Shown here: in pieces, positions 39,189 to 48,911 of the stretch
Position numbering within the stretch: position 1 is the stretch's first letter
How the letters are laid out: each line of letters begins with the position of its first letter
From: a virus
DNA: 64,000 nt
Reading direction: 5' to 3' (one strand)
IMG/VR virus record: IMGVR_UViG_3300003873_000004
Coordinates: 1 to 64,000 of that record
Notes under the pieces: generated by a model
The model's database searches: none
Told to the model about the DNA's origin: nothing
The model's input: only the letters and a program-made list of their open reading frames with translations
Program-made: the position numbers and the translations under genes

Positions 39189-40910
39189 TTGCTAATCATC
39201 AAAAGCGTAGAATATCGTAATTTTCTGTCTACTGGTAATGTGCCTATTAAATTGAATTTTGACAGTCGATGTACTGGAATCACTGGAAAAAATGGGCATG
39301 GCAAGTCGACATTTAATTCTGCCTTGTTCTTCGCTATGTTCGGCAAGACCCTTCGAAAATTGAAGAAAGAACAGATTGTTAATTCTATCAACAAGAAAGA
39401 CTTGCTTGTCACACTAGAACTTCGAGACGGCAAGAAAAACTATAAGATCGTTCGTGGTATCAAGCCAAACATTTTTGAAATTTATGTCGATGGTATTTTG
39501 AGAGAACCCCCAGCGTCAATCAAAGATTATCAAAACTGGCTTGAAAATTCTGTTCTAAAAATGAATGAAGCTGTAGCAAAGCAATTGATGCTTCTAAACT
39601 CGACTTCCTTTATCCCGTTCATGATGTTGCCAGCGAAACAACGTAGAACTGTAGTAGAAGAAATTCTCGACATTCAAGTTTTCACCACAATTTCAACACT
39701 GATTCGTGGTAGATCAACCATTCTTAGCACGCAATATAACGATCTGATTTCAGAAATATCGTTGTTGAAAAACTCTATCAAGCTAAAACAAGAGCATTTA
39801 GCTGACATTAGCGTGAAGAAAGAGACACTAATCAAAGAAAAGCAAGAAAGAATTGTAAGTTTGAAGACTGATATTACACGGATTGAATCTGGTATCATAG
39901 CAGCAACCGACGAAATCGCATTGAACAATGAGAAAATTTCTGATGCTGCGGCAAAAAGACAAAATAGGTCAGAACTAGACAAAATCATGACGGAAATTTC
40001 AGCAAAGAAATATCGTCTTGAAAAACATACAAAATTCGTACAGAATAATTCGTCTTGCCCTACATGTCAGCAGGAAATAGACGACAACTTTCGAGCAAAT
40101 ACAGTGAAGGAATCGGCGGAAGAATCAAAATCCCTAGAGACTGCCATAGACAAAGCAACAGAAATGCTTGACGAATTTGACAGTAGATTAGATGAAATAA
40201 CAGCAATAGAAAAAAATATACTCAATTTGAACATTGATATTTCAAATAGTCATACCAGAATAGATGCTATCGCTGAAAATATACGCGTGATAGAACTCGA
40301 TTTACGAAATATGTCATCGTCTAATGATGAAAATGATGAATCTATTTTATCTGATATACAAAAAATTGAAGATCAATTGACGAAAACAAAATTAGAACGG
40401 GATGAATTGGTAGATAATACACAATATCTTAGAACTATAAATTCGTTGCTGAAAGATTCTGGCATCAAGACCAAAATAATCAAGCAGTATTTACCAACGA
40501 TCAATTCGCTGATTCGCAAGTATCTTGAGATATTAGAGTTCCCTTGTGAGTTTACATTTGACGAAGAGTTCAACGAGACAATGAAATCACGGTATAGAGA
40601 CGTATTTTCATATGATAATTTCTCTGCGGGGCAGCGCTGCCGTATAGATTTGGCCTTAATGTTCGCATGGCGTGATTTATCAAGGCTTAGAAATTCATCA
40701 GCGTGTAATCTTCTTGTGCTAGATGAAATTGGGTCGTCTTCATTAGACGACAATGGTGTGGCCGCGTTTATGAAAATAGTTGGAAATTTGGATAAAACCA
40801 ATGTGATTGTTATTTCTCATGATCAAAATATATTCGATTCCGACGCCTTCGACAAGCATCTTACTTTCAAATTGCAAAATAATTTCACCATTGTCGAAGA
40901 AACCTCTTGA
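39189..40910 (+). CDS. gp46: Recombination ATPase subunit (Rad50-like)
   Basis: NFLSTGN, GKNGHGKST, CPTC hook, FSAGQ, LVLDE. Confidence 0.95.
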   Translation: MLIIKSVEYRNFLSTGNVPIKLNFDSRCTGITGKNGHGKSTFNSALFFAMFGKTLRKLKKEQIVNSINKKDLLVTLELRDGKKNYKIVRGIKPNIFEIYVDGILREPPASIKDYQNWLENSVLKMNEAVAKQLMLLNSTSFIPFMMLPAKQRRTVVEEILDIQVFTTISTLIRGRSTILSTQYNDLISEISLLKNSIKLKQEHLADISVKKETLIKEKQERIVSLKTDITRIESGIIAATDEIALNNEKISDAAAKRQNRSELDKIMTEISAKKYRLEKHTKFVQNNSSCPTCQQEIDDNFRANTVKESAEESKSLETAIDKATEMLDEFDSRLDEITAIEKNILNLNIDISNSHTRIDAIAENIRVIELDLRNMSSSNDENDESILSDIQKIEDQLTKTKLERDELVDNTQYLRTINSLLKDSGIKTKIIKQYLPTINSLIRKYLEILEFPCEFTFDEEFNETMKSRYRDVFSYDNFSAGQRCRIDLALMFAWRDLSRLRNSSACNLLVLDEIGSSSLDDNGVAAFMKIVGNLDKTNVIVISHDQNIFDSDAFDKHLTFKLQNNFTIVEETS

Positions 40911-40989
40911 CAAGAACATCGATATAGTCTAGACTTAGTTTATTGACGAAGGATAACATGACTAACAATACTATAATTAAGGAGTTCAA

Positions 40990-41214
40990 ATGTCTGATAT
41001 TTTTTGGATAACTAATTATTGTGATCCACATAATCGACACGAAAAAATGAACAGAGAAATTTACGGCGTGATGCTGAAATATATTGATCATCCACATGAA
41101 ATGAAATCAATGCAAAACAAATTGTGGGAACTACATGTAGAAGGATATAACGTAAAGCATCTTTTGAATGTTATATGCTATCGAAAGTGGTTAGAGAAAT
41201 ATCTCTTGACATAA
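40990..41214 (+). CDS. Hypothetical early protein
   Basis: Promoter at 40907 and SD aaggag. Confidence 0.6.
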   Translation: MSDIFWITNYCDPHNRHEKMNREIYGVMLKYIDHPHEMKSMQNKLWELHVEGYNVKHLLNVICYRKWLEKYLLT

Positions 41215-41269
41215 TCATCGAAAGGGTCTAGACTTAACTTATTGAAAGAGAAATTGAGGTGATTATATT

Positions 41270-43393
41270 ATGAAAAAGAAAACTGAATTGCTGGCTAAAA
41301 TGATGGCCGCAGAAGATATTAACGTCATCTTCTCAAATGCTAAAACCGCCAGTTTCAATCCCGTATCCAGAACATTAGCAATGCCAACATTTGTAGAAGA
41401 CTCACCAGAGTGTGTACGATTTGGTTTCGTAGCACATGAAATTTCGCATGCTATTCACACACCAGCGGTAGAAAAAGTTACCCCGATTCTGAACATTGTC
41501 GAAGATATACGCATTGAGAAGTTGATCAAGCGTAAATTTCGCGGTTCTGCCAATTACATTTCAAAAATGTATGAATACTTATGGAGCGAAAACTTTTTTG
41601 GTTGTAATGAAGATGGAATCAACACCAAGAATTTTCTAGATCGCTTGAATGTTTATGCTAAGACCAAAGATTCTAAAAACGCTCCTAGTGTTCATTTTTC
41701 TGATGAAGAACAAAAGTTGGTTGATCGTTCTTTCCTTACGACGTCATTTGAAGATGTGCTGTCACTATGTGAAGAAATCAAAGAGTTCATGAAAAATCAA
41801 CAGCAAAATGAAGAACCAGAAACTACAAAAGAAATTCGCCGCGATAGTGACGAATCAGAAGAACAGAAAGAAAGTCAAGTTGAAGAATCTGATGCTGACG
41901 AAGAAGAAACTGACGAAGAGTCAGAAGAAAGCGAAAAACAAGAGTCTGAAGTGGATGAAGAGGAATCCCAAGACGAATCAGAAGAACAGAAAGAAAGTCA
42001 AGTTGAAGAATCTGATGCTGACGAAGAAGAAACTGACGAAGAAGAAACTGACGAAGTCAAACCATCAGGTCAGCTTGACGGCGAGACGATTCAAGAAGAA
42101 TTTGAGCCAGAATCAGAAACTCAAGATCAACTAGATAACGCTTTCAATGAAATGGTAGATAAAGAAAAGAAAAGTGAAGATGTTGCTATGGTTGGAAGTT
42201 TTCCAGAAGATTTGATCCACAAAGACGGGGTTATCGAATTTCTCGAGAAGAAAATGAAATATACAAAAGGCGGTATCACGTATGGTACTGGCATACATCG
42301 TCGATATGTCAGCAATGTGGTTTTGCTTCTTGATTCAGATGACAGAACTGCGAAATTTATCAATGATGCTAAGGCTCAGGTAGCTTTGCTTTGTAAACAA
42401 TTCGACATGAAAAAACGGGCTTCTCTATTTTCGAAGAGTAAAATCGCATCTACTGGGGAACTTGATGTGAATTTGCTGTCAGAATATAAATTTAAAGATG
42501 ACCTATTCTTGAAAGATGAAATCTTACCAAAAGGAAAGAATCATGGTTTGGTGCTGCTGATAGACTTTTCGTATTCAATGGAGAGCCGAATAGATGCCAC
42601 GTGCAAACAAGCTGCTGTTTTGGCGCTGTTTGCTAGAAAGGCTAACATCCCATTGAAAATATATGGGTTTACGACAGCACGATGGCGTGGATTTGATGCC
42701 AAGAAATTTGATGTTTCTGAGCAGGAAATCAACATTGGCAAAGCTGTTATTTTTCAGATTATTGACACATCAATCAAAGTTTCAAAATCTGATTTTGTTC
42801 GCGTCATTAAATTGTTGACACATGCCCCGACATGGTTTTATGATATTTCTGGAATGACTCCAATGTCAACTACAGCAATGGTGGTCAGCGATGACGTTAT
42901 TCGCTGGAAATCAAAAAATCAAATCGAACGCGTTAGCACATTGTTTCTTACTGATGGTGCTTCACACTATCCGGTTAAGAAAAACATTGATCCTAAAATA
43001 GACAAAGATTTTCTAGTTTTTTATGGAAAATTGTTTGACACTAAAACCAAAAAGAAGCACGAAAGTTCCGATATGAGGTCGGCTTATAAAATATACAAAG
43101 ATCGTACACAATCATCAATTGGAACAATGTTTATCGCCACAAGAAAAGATTTTCGTTATATTGTTAATGCCAAAGACTTTTCTGAATTGAAAGCAGAAGG
43201 TATTGTGAAAGTTGATTATATGAGCGACGTTGTTGATGCCTATTTTTACATGACTGACGAAGATCGGCTTTCCGATGTCGCTGACATGGAAATCGAAGAA
43301 GGAAAAGCTGCTGGTCGATCGTTCACAAAGAAAGCCCGCGCTAAAGCCAAGTCGATAGTGTTTGTTACATACTTTGCTGAACTGCTCGGATAG
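41270..43393 (+). CDS. CobT-like protein: HExxH peptidase-like domain, acidic linker, VWA domain
   Basis: AHEISH, NIVEDIRIE, LLIDFSYSM (MIDAS), FLTDG. Confidence 0.85.
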   Translation: MKKKTELLAKMMAAEDINVIFSNAKTASFNPVSRTLAMPTFVEDSPECVRFGFVAHEISHAIHTPAVEKVTPILNIVEDIRIEKLIKRKFRGSANYISKMYEYLWSENFFGCNEDGINTKNFLDRLNVYAKTKDSKNAPSVHFSDEEQKLVDRSFLTTSFEDVLSLCEEIKEFMKNQQQNEEPETTKEIRRDSDESEEQKESQVEESDADEEETDEESEESEKQESEVDEEESQDESEEQKESQVEESDADEEETDEEETDEVKPSGQLDGETIQEEFEPESETQDQLDNAFNEMVDKEKKSEDVAMVGSFPEDLIHKDGVIEFLEKKMKYTKGGITYGTGIHRRYVSNVVLLLDSDDRTAKFINDAKAQVALLCKQFDMKKRASLFSKSKIASTGELDVNLLSEYKFKDDLFLKDEILPKGKNHGLVLLIDFSYSMESRIDATCKQAAVLALFARKANIPLKIYGFTTARWRGFDAKKFDVSEQEINIGKAVIFQIIDTSIKVSKSDFVRVIKLLTHAPTWFYDISGMTPMSTTAMVVSDDVIRWKSKNQIERVSTLFLTDGASHYPVKKNIDPKIDKDFLVFYGKLFDTKTKKKHESSDMRSAYKIYKDRTQSSIGTMFIATRKDFRYIVNAKDFSELKAEGIVKVDYMSDVVDAYFYMTDEDRLSDVADMEIEEGKAAGRSFTKKARAKAKSIVFVTYFAELLG
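41849..42042 (+). repeat. 71-bp in-frame direct repeat (41849-41919, 41972-42042) in the acidic linker
   Basis: Encodes DESEEQKESQVEESDADEEETDE twice. Confidence 0.9.
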
Positions 43394-43417
43394 GTGCTTG
43401 ACAAACAGAGCAAAAGG

Positions 43418-43756
43418 GTCTAGACTTATTGTATTGACAGAGACAAACCACAGGAGATTTAATTATGGCACAAGAAGTATCAATTACAGATTTTGAAAAG
43501 CAAGTGAAAAGAGCCAAAGACGTTTTTGCTTATGTTGAAGGAATTGGATACCTCAAGGTAACCAAACAATCTTTGCTTGCTACTGTCGACAACTATCCAG
43601 AAGACGACTATTTTTTCAGGCCCGACGAAAATGCGGTTTATATCAATTAACGCTTGACAAACAGGTTAAAAGAGTCTAGACTTATTGTATTGACAGAGAC
43701 AAACCACAGGAGATTTAATTATGGCACAAGAAGTATCAATTACAGATTTTGAAAAG
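43418..43756 (+). repeat. 83-bp direct repeat (43418-43500, 43674-43756): -10 box, leader, SD and first 12 codons
   Basis: gtctagacttattgtattgacagagacaaaccacaggagatttaattatggcacaagaagtatcaattacagattttgaaaag occurs twice. Confidence 0.95.
43465..43650 (+). CDS. 61-aa hypothetical protein sharing its N-terminus with the AAA+ gene
   Basis: MAQEVSITDFEK identical to the start at 43721. Confidence 0.65.
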   Translation: MAQEVSITDFEKQVKRAKDVFAYVEGIGYLKVTKQSLLATVDNYPEDDYFFRPDENAVYIN

Positions 43757-44632
43757 GGCGTTCTTGCTGAATATGGAACCAACGAATTATGTCGTCGAAA
43801 GATTGTTGAGTTTGCTAAGAAATATGATTACCGGGTTCCAAAACAGGTTTGGAATAACAAAACGTCAGAGAAGCGCGGCGCGACATATATTGTATCGGAA
43901 CAACAAGTAACCAAGACTCAGACAGTAGATCAGAGTCAGCTAGTTGAAACACCAATAGCGGTAAAACCAAAGGCTGAAGTCGAAATGGTCGGTGGTATCA
44001 AAGCTATCCGTAGTACGGAAACACGTTACACCATCGACAAAGATCCAAACTTCATCCGTTGGGGCAACTTTTCAGACTTTCGAGCAATCATCAAAGCAAA
44101 TCGTTTCTTTCCCACTTTTGTCACTGGGTTGTCTGGTAACGGTAAGACTACAGGAATCGAGCAGGCTTGCGCGGCAGAGGGTCGAGAATGTATTCGATTC
44201 AACTTCACTCGTGAAACTGGTGCGGACGATTTGCTTGGCGGGCTTAGGCTGATTGACGGAGATACTGTTTTTCAGTATGGTCCGATTGCTGAGGCATATA
44301 TGCGTGGAGCAATCCTTATACTGGACGAATGTCTAGAAGAAAACGAAGAGGTTCGAGTTGGAAAGGTGAACGAATGGGTTCCAATGAAACTCAAGGATAT
44401 GAATTTTGGCCAAACTTACCCTGTAGTGTCATTTAATCAAGATACTGGAAAGTTTGAAAACGATACGGCTTCTATTATTTCGGATAAAGATGACGATCTT
44501 TACGAAGTTGAATTGGAAGATGGTTCGACAGTTGTTGTAAACTCGAAGCATCCGTTTGTGGTTGGCGACGGCAAAGAAACCAAAACAATAGAAGATGGAC
44601 TTATTGTAGGTGCCGAAGTGGTCGTTGCTTAA
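43721..44632 (+). CDS. MoxR/CobS-like AAA+ ATPase N-extein fused to split-intein N-part (44330-44629, 100 aa)
   Basis: Walker A GLSGNGKT, DDLLGG, Walker B ILILDE then CLEENEEV (block A), LYEVELEDG, VNSKHPF (block B), stop. Confidence 0.9.
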   Translation: MAQEVSITDFEKGVLAEYGTNELCRRKIVEFAKKYDYRVPKQVWNNKTSEKRGATYIVSEQQVTKTQTVDQSQLVETPIAVKPKAEVEMVGGIKAIRSTETRYTIDKDPNFIRWGNFSDFRAIIKANRFFPTFVTGLSGNGKTTGIEQACAAEGRECIRFNFTRETGADDLLGGLRLIDGDTVFQYGPIAEAYMRGAILILDECLEENEEVRVGKVNEWVPMKLKDMNFGQTYPVVSFNQDTGKFENDTASIISDKDDDLYEVELEDGSTVVVNSKHPFVVGDGKETKTIEDGLIVGAEVVVA

Positions 44633-44672
44633 TTCATGTAATTCCAAAAACTGAAATTATATAAATAAAGAT

Positions 44673-45821
44673 ATGGATATAAATTATATAAACTTCGTTA
44701 AAGAAAATTTGGATTGGTATATAGAAAATGTTACGATTCCTGGGACAGTAGACATATATGATGGTGTTTATCACAATAGGTCTATTGCCCGGGACAAGTA
44801 TAAAGAAATACAGCAAATAGATGTCGAGAAAGCTTGCCCAACGTGTGGTAAGAAATTCACCAGAAATATTCGACACAAGAAAATATATTGTGGTTCCACC
44901 TGTCGTTATGGAGCAAAGAGGTCGACAAAGAAATATAGAACAAGAGAGAAAACCAACATCGTAACATACTCAGGATTACAGGAAGTTCTCACAGAACTCA
45001 GAAAAATTAACGCTATCGAATATTTAAAAAACTACACCTTCCAAAATAAACCAATACAAAAGACAAACACCAAGAAAATCCGAGAGATACTTACGTTGTT
45101 TTCTAAAGACGACACCTTCGATGTTATTTTTGTAGACGGTTCGTTTGGGAAGATACCAGTGAAAAGAACCCAGTTTTCTGAGGATTATTTAGCAAAGGCC
45201 ATAAAATTAGGCATTCTCAACGAAGGTTCATCATACGACGAAATATACAAAACGAAATTTCCAGACGCGTATGCCAAATGTATAAAATGCGGAAATGACT
45301 TTTTGAAATACAAATATAGTCAAACCGAGAAACGGTTAATTAGGAATATTATGTATGACCTTTGTTCTTATAAATGTATATGTGATTCAAGAAATGAATT
45401 ATATCCAGTATCAGACGAAACAAGGCAGCGGCAGTCGAACACTACAAAGTCTATTATAGCCAAAGGGCTGTTTACGCCAATCAACAATGCTATGAGGGGC
45501 AGAAAACAATCAACCAGCGAAAAATACGGAGAGGAAGTAAAATTCGATAGTTCCTGGGAGAAAAAGTTTTACGAGGAATATGAATATGAATTAAAACGAA
45601 GCACCCCTAGAATAGAATATATCTCTCCAATCGACAACAAATCCCACATATATGTTGTTGATTTTTTCGACAACAGAACAAAAACGATGATAGAAATCAA
45701 GCCGTCTTGCCACGTTTCTGATGAAGTTATAGTTGCTAAGACGGCAGCGGCAAAATTATGGGCAGAAGAACACGAGTGTACATTTAAAATTATCACGGAA
45801 AAAGATTATGATTTCTCTTGA
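44673..45821 (+). CDS. Free-standing TnsA-like PD-(D/E)xK putative homing endonuclease
   Basis: Zinc motifs CPTC..YCGSTC and CIKC..LCSYKC; FDSSWE, IEY, YVVDF, IEIKP; TATAAATA-N5-ATG. Confidence 0.7.
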   Translation: MDINYINFVKENLDWYIENVTIPGTVDIYDGVYHNRSIARDKYKEIQQIDVEKACPTCGKKFTRNIRHKKIYCGSTCRYGAKRSTKKYRTREKTNIVTYSGLQEVLTELRKINAIEYLKNYTFQNKPIQKTNTKKIREILTLFSKDDTFDVIFVDGSFGKIPVKRTQFSEDYLAKAIKLGILNEGSSYDEIYKTKFPDAYAKCIKCGNDFLKYKYSQTEKRLIRNIMYDLCSYKCICDSRNELYPVSDETRQRQSNTTKSIIAKGLFTPINNAMRGRKQSTSEKYGEEVKFDSSWEKKFYEEYEYELKRSTPRIEYISPIDNKSHIYVVDFFDNRTKTMIEIKPSCHVSDEVIVAKTAAAKLWAEEHECTFKIITEKDYDFS

Positions 45822-45884
45822 CAAAGTGTTCGAAAGGGTCTAGACTTATTGTATTGAAAGAGACAAATCAAAGGAGAATTTATT

Positions 45885-46553
45885 ATGGAAACAAAAAAAG
45901 TAGTTTCAATCAAAAAAGTAGGTCGCGGGCATGTCCGCAATTTGTGTGTAAACAAAAATCACACGTTCGTCACATCTAACGGAATAGTTACCCACAATTG
46001 CGACCTAGCAGATGCTAGAATAATGTGCCTTCAATCAGTTCTCGAAGGCAAGCCAATTTTCCTGCCAAAACTTGGTAAGAAAATTCATCCGGCTAAGGGA
46101 TTCAATGTGTTTGCTACTGCTAATACCAAAGGTAAAGGTTCAGATAGTGGGCAATTCATGGGAACAAATGTCATGAATGAAGCATTTCTTGATCGGTTTT
46201 CAATCACCATTGAACAGAGTTATCCAGCCGCGGCGATTGAGAAGAAGATCGTCAGTAAATATGCCACTGACTATTTCGGCCATGTTCTCAGTTTGCGAGA
46301 TCAGACGGTTTGTGATAACTTGGTAACTTGGGCACAGATCACCCGCAAGAGTTTCCTGGAAGGTTCAATTGACGAACTGATTTCGACTCGTCGACTGATT
46401 GCTACGGTTGAGTCGTATGCCATTTTCGGTTCAAATATCGAAAAGAGTATTGAATATGCTACGAACAGGTTTGATGACGATACTAAGGAAAGCTTCGTGG
46501 AACTGTACAAGCAAATCGATTCTGGTATGAAAACATTTGAGGAGGACGAATAA
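45885..46553 (+). CDS. Split-intein C-part (38 aa, 45885-45998) fused to AAA+ ATPase C-extein
   Basis: KKVVSIKKVG..VRNLCV..NHTFVTSNGIVTHN then CDLAD; ATANTKG, NEAFLDRF, ISTRRL; own promoter (45818) and SD. Confidence 0.92.
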   Translation: METKKVVSIKKVGRGHVRNLCVNKNHTFVTSNGIVTHNCDLADARIMCLQSVLEGKPIFLPKLGKKIHPAKGFNVFATANTKGKGSDSGQFMGTNVMNEAFLDRFSITIEQSYPAAAIEKKIVSKYATDYFGHVLSLRDQTVCDNLVTWAQITRKSFLEGSIDELISTRRLIATVESYAIFGSNIEKSIEYATNRFDDDTKESFVELYKQIDSGMKTFEEDE

Positions 46554-46564
46554 GGAGATAAAAT

Positions 46565-46825
46565 ATGAAGAAAACAATGATCACATCAGCATTGCTAGTT
46601 TTTGGAGCAACCACAGCACAGGCAGGATGGCTTGGAAATGCCGCAATGAATGCTGTATCGGGCAGTAGCGAAACAAAACAGCCGACGGCACAATATCAGC
46701 TAGAAGTAACAGGTACGAACGTACGGGTATATGAATGGCAACCGAAAGGTAGCAATAATGTTCGATGTGTGTTCGTTACTGGTTCTAAAAATTCATCTGG
46801 CGTTGCTTGTTATCGAGTGAAATGA
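46565..46825 (+). CDS. Small secreted/periplasmic protein
   Basis: Signal peptide MKKTMITSALLVFGATTAQA; RVYEW.P, CV...C. Confidence 0.7.
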   Translation: MKKTMITSALLVFGATTAQAGWLGNAAMNAVSGSSETKQPTAQYQLEVTGTNVRVYEWQPKGSNNVRCVFVTGSKNSSGVACYRVK

Positions 46826-46830
46826 TTGCG

Positions 46831-46917
46831 TGGCAGGTTGGCGAATGGTTGAAACCGCCCGGCTCATAACCGGATTGCGAAAGCACACTGTAGGTTCGAA
46901 TCCTACCCTGCCGACCA
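46831..46917 (+). tRNA. tRNA with CAU anticodon (Met, fMet or Ile2), long variable arm, encoded CCA
   Basis: Acceptor tggcagg/cctgccg, A73, CCA; anticodon loop ctcataa; T arm gtagg-ttcgaat-cctac; variable arm tgc-gaaa-gca. Confidence 0.9.
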
Positions 46918-46977
46918 ATTGATCCTTGACAATAGCATCAGAATAGTTTAGATTATCAAAATACAAAAGGAGAACGA

Positions 46978-47655
46978 ATGAAAATTTCAAAAGAAACACT
47001 GGAAGCACTAAAAAACTTTTCAGAGATCAATCAGAGCTTGGTCTTACGTGAAGGTCAGACACAGAAAACTATCGCGCTGGCGAAAAATATTCTCGCAGAA
47101 GTATCGTTGACAGACACTTTTCCGAAAACTGTAGGGATTTATGACCTGTCAGAACTATTATCCATCCTGTCTATCATGCCGGATGCGGATGTAGAATTTG
47201 GTGACACTTCGATGAACATTACATCTGGAACAATGAAGACGAAGTTTGTCTATTCTGATGTTTCTAATATTCATCCAGAAACACCAGCAAAAACTATCGA
47301 TGAAATCATGCCGGCAGTAGATGTAGAATTTGATCTTACTAAAAAGACACTAAATTCAGCATTGAAGATGTCTGGTGTGATGAATCTTGAAGATTTACAG
47401 TTCACAGTGGTTGCCGGTAAGCTGGTTCTTCGTGTGACTGATCTATCATCAAGTTCAAGTAATAGTTCAGATATCGAAATTTGTGATATGGCGGGCACCT
47501 TTGATTTCAATTTCAAGTCAGAACGATTACAGAAATTGCTCGCAGACGATTATCATGTGAGTATTAGTTCGAAGTTTGTGTCCCGATTTGTTGGTTCAAA
47601 CATCGATTCTGATTATCTGGTATCTCTGGAACAGACTTCTACATATGAGGCGTAG
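46978..47655 (+). CDS. gp45: Sliding clamp
   Basis: MKISKETLEALKNFSEINQS, GIYDLSELL. Confidence 0.95.
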   Translation: MKISKETLEALKNFSEINQSLVLREGQTQKTIALAKNILAEVSLTDTFPKTVGIYDLSELLSILSIMPDADVEFGDTSMNITSGTMKTKFVYSDVSNIHPETPAKTIDEIMPAVDVEFDLTKKTLNSALKMSGVMNLEDLQFTVVAGKLVLRVTDLSSSSSNSSDIEICDMAGTFDFNFKSERLQKLLADDYHVSISSKFVSRFVGSNIDSDYLVSLEQTSTYEA

Positions 47656-47658
47656 TTT

Positions 47659-48618
47659 ATGTCAATGAAAAATTTATTTCGAAATGACGACTACTTATTT
47701 ACGAACAAATACATGCCAAATCATGTATCTGAGATGATACTTCCAAAGAGAATCAAAGATGTATTTCTGGAAATGGTGAACAACGGCAAAGGTCAGACAC
47801 TATTATTGAATGGGCCTCCTGGAGTAGGTAAGACGAGTGTTTCTCTTTGTATTGCTAATGATCTAAATGCTGATGTGATGTTCGTAAATGCTTCTCTTGA
47901 AGGAAACATGGACTTATTGCGAAATAAGGTCTCTGACTTTGCTTCCAGTGTATCGATGGAAAATTCCGGCAAGAAAAAGGTTATTATACTCGACGAAATC
48001 GAGGGGGTTTCCCCAGCGGTTCAATTATCTTTGCGTGGAATGTTAGAAAAGTTCTCAAAAAATGTGATTTTTATTCTAACCACAAATTTCAAGAATCGTC
48101 TAATTCCACCCCTGATTTCTAGGTGTAATGTGACCGACTTCATTTTTGACAATGACGAAAAGGTCGAGATGCAAGCTGGAATGTTTGAACGGGTGTTGTA
48201 TATTCTAAAACAAGAAAATATAACGGCAGAACCAAAGGTGATCGCGCAGTTAGTCAAGAGGTTCTTTCCAGACTTTAGACGCTTGCTGAACGAACTCCAG
48301 AAATATGGGGCTACTGGTTCCATCGATACTGGAATTCTAGGTGTAGTTGGCGATGCTCGTATTTCTGATTTGATGAATTTGCTCAAGAATAAGAAATTTA
48401 CAGAAATGAGAAAATGGGTGGCCCAATCTGATGTTGGTGATGTTCAAATCTTTCGATCAATTTATGATACATCTTATGATTATATTGCACCAGCTTCTAT
48501 TCCAGAACTGGTTTTGATCATTGCTGATTTTCAGTACAAGGCAGCATTTGTAGCAGATGCGGAAATTAACCTTGCTGCCTGTCTAACAACCATTATGACA
48601 GAGTGTCAATTCCAATAG
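47659..48618 (+). CDS. gp44: Clamp loader ATPase subunit
   Basis: GPPGVGKT, IILDE, LISRC, FFPDFRR, VADAEIN. Confidence 0.95.
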   Translation: MSMKNLFRNDDYLFTNKYMPNHVSEMILPKRIKDVFLEMVNNGKGQTLLLNGPPGVGKTSVSLCIANDLNADVMFVNASLEGNMDLLRNKVSDFASSVSMENSGKKKVIILDEIEGVSPAVQLSLRGMLEKFSKNVIFILTTNFKNRLIPPLISRCNVTDFIFDNDEKVEMQAGMFERVLYILKQENITAEPKVIAQLVKRFFPDFRRLLNELQKYGATGSIDTGILGVVGDARISDLMNLLKNKKFTEMRKWVAQSDVGDVQIFRSIYDTSYDYIAPASIPELVLIIADFQYKAAFVADAEINLAACLTTIMTECQFQ

Positions 48619-48668
48619 CTTGACAAGAGCATCAGAATAGTATAGCATAAACAAACAAGGAGAATATT

Positions 48669-48911
48669 ATGAACATTGAAAAAGCGGTAAAAGAAATTAT
48701 ATATCTTGCTGGCGACGAATCCGCCTTGACGGAAGATTTACTTTGGGAGGATTTTGACAACAGTGACACAGAAGATTGGGTGACGTTAGTTGATATTGTA
48801 TCAAATCATGTTGGAAATATTTCTGATGCCAATGAAACAGAACTACAGATGATGTCTTTGGCCACTGGTTTCAGTGTAGTGGAATTGGAATCTGGGTTTC
48901 TAGACAACTAA
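48669..48911 (+). CDS. Hypothetical acidic protein
   Basis: Promoter at 48620 and SD aaggag. Confidence 0.6.
   Translation: MNIEKAVKEIIYLAGDESALTEDLLWEDFDNSDTEDWVTLVDIVSNHVGNISDANETELQMMSLATGFSVVELESGFLDN

Noticed and set aside
41808-42134. Lys-rich 108-aa alternative-frame ORF
   Set aside because: Shadow of the GAA-rich acidic linker in the VWA protein.
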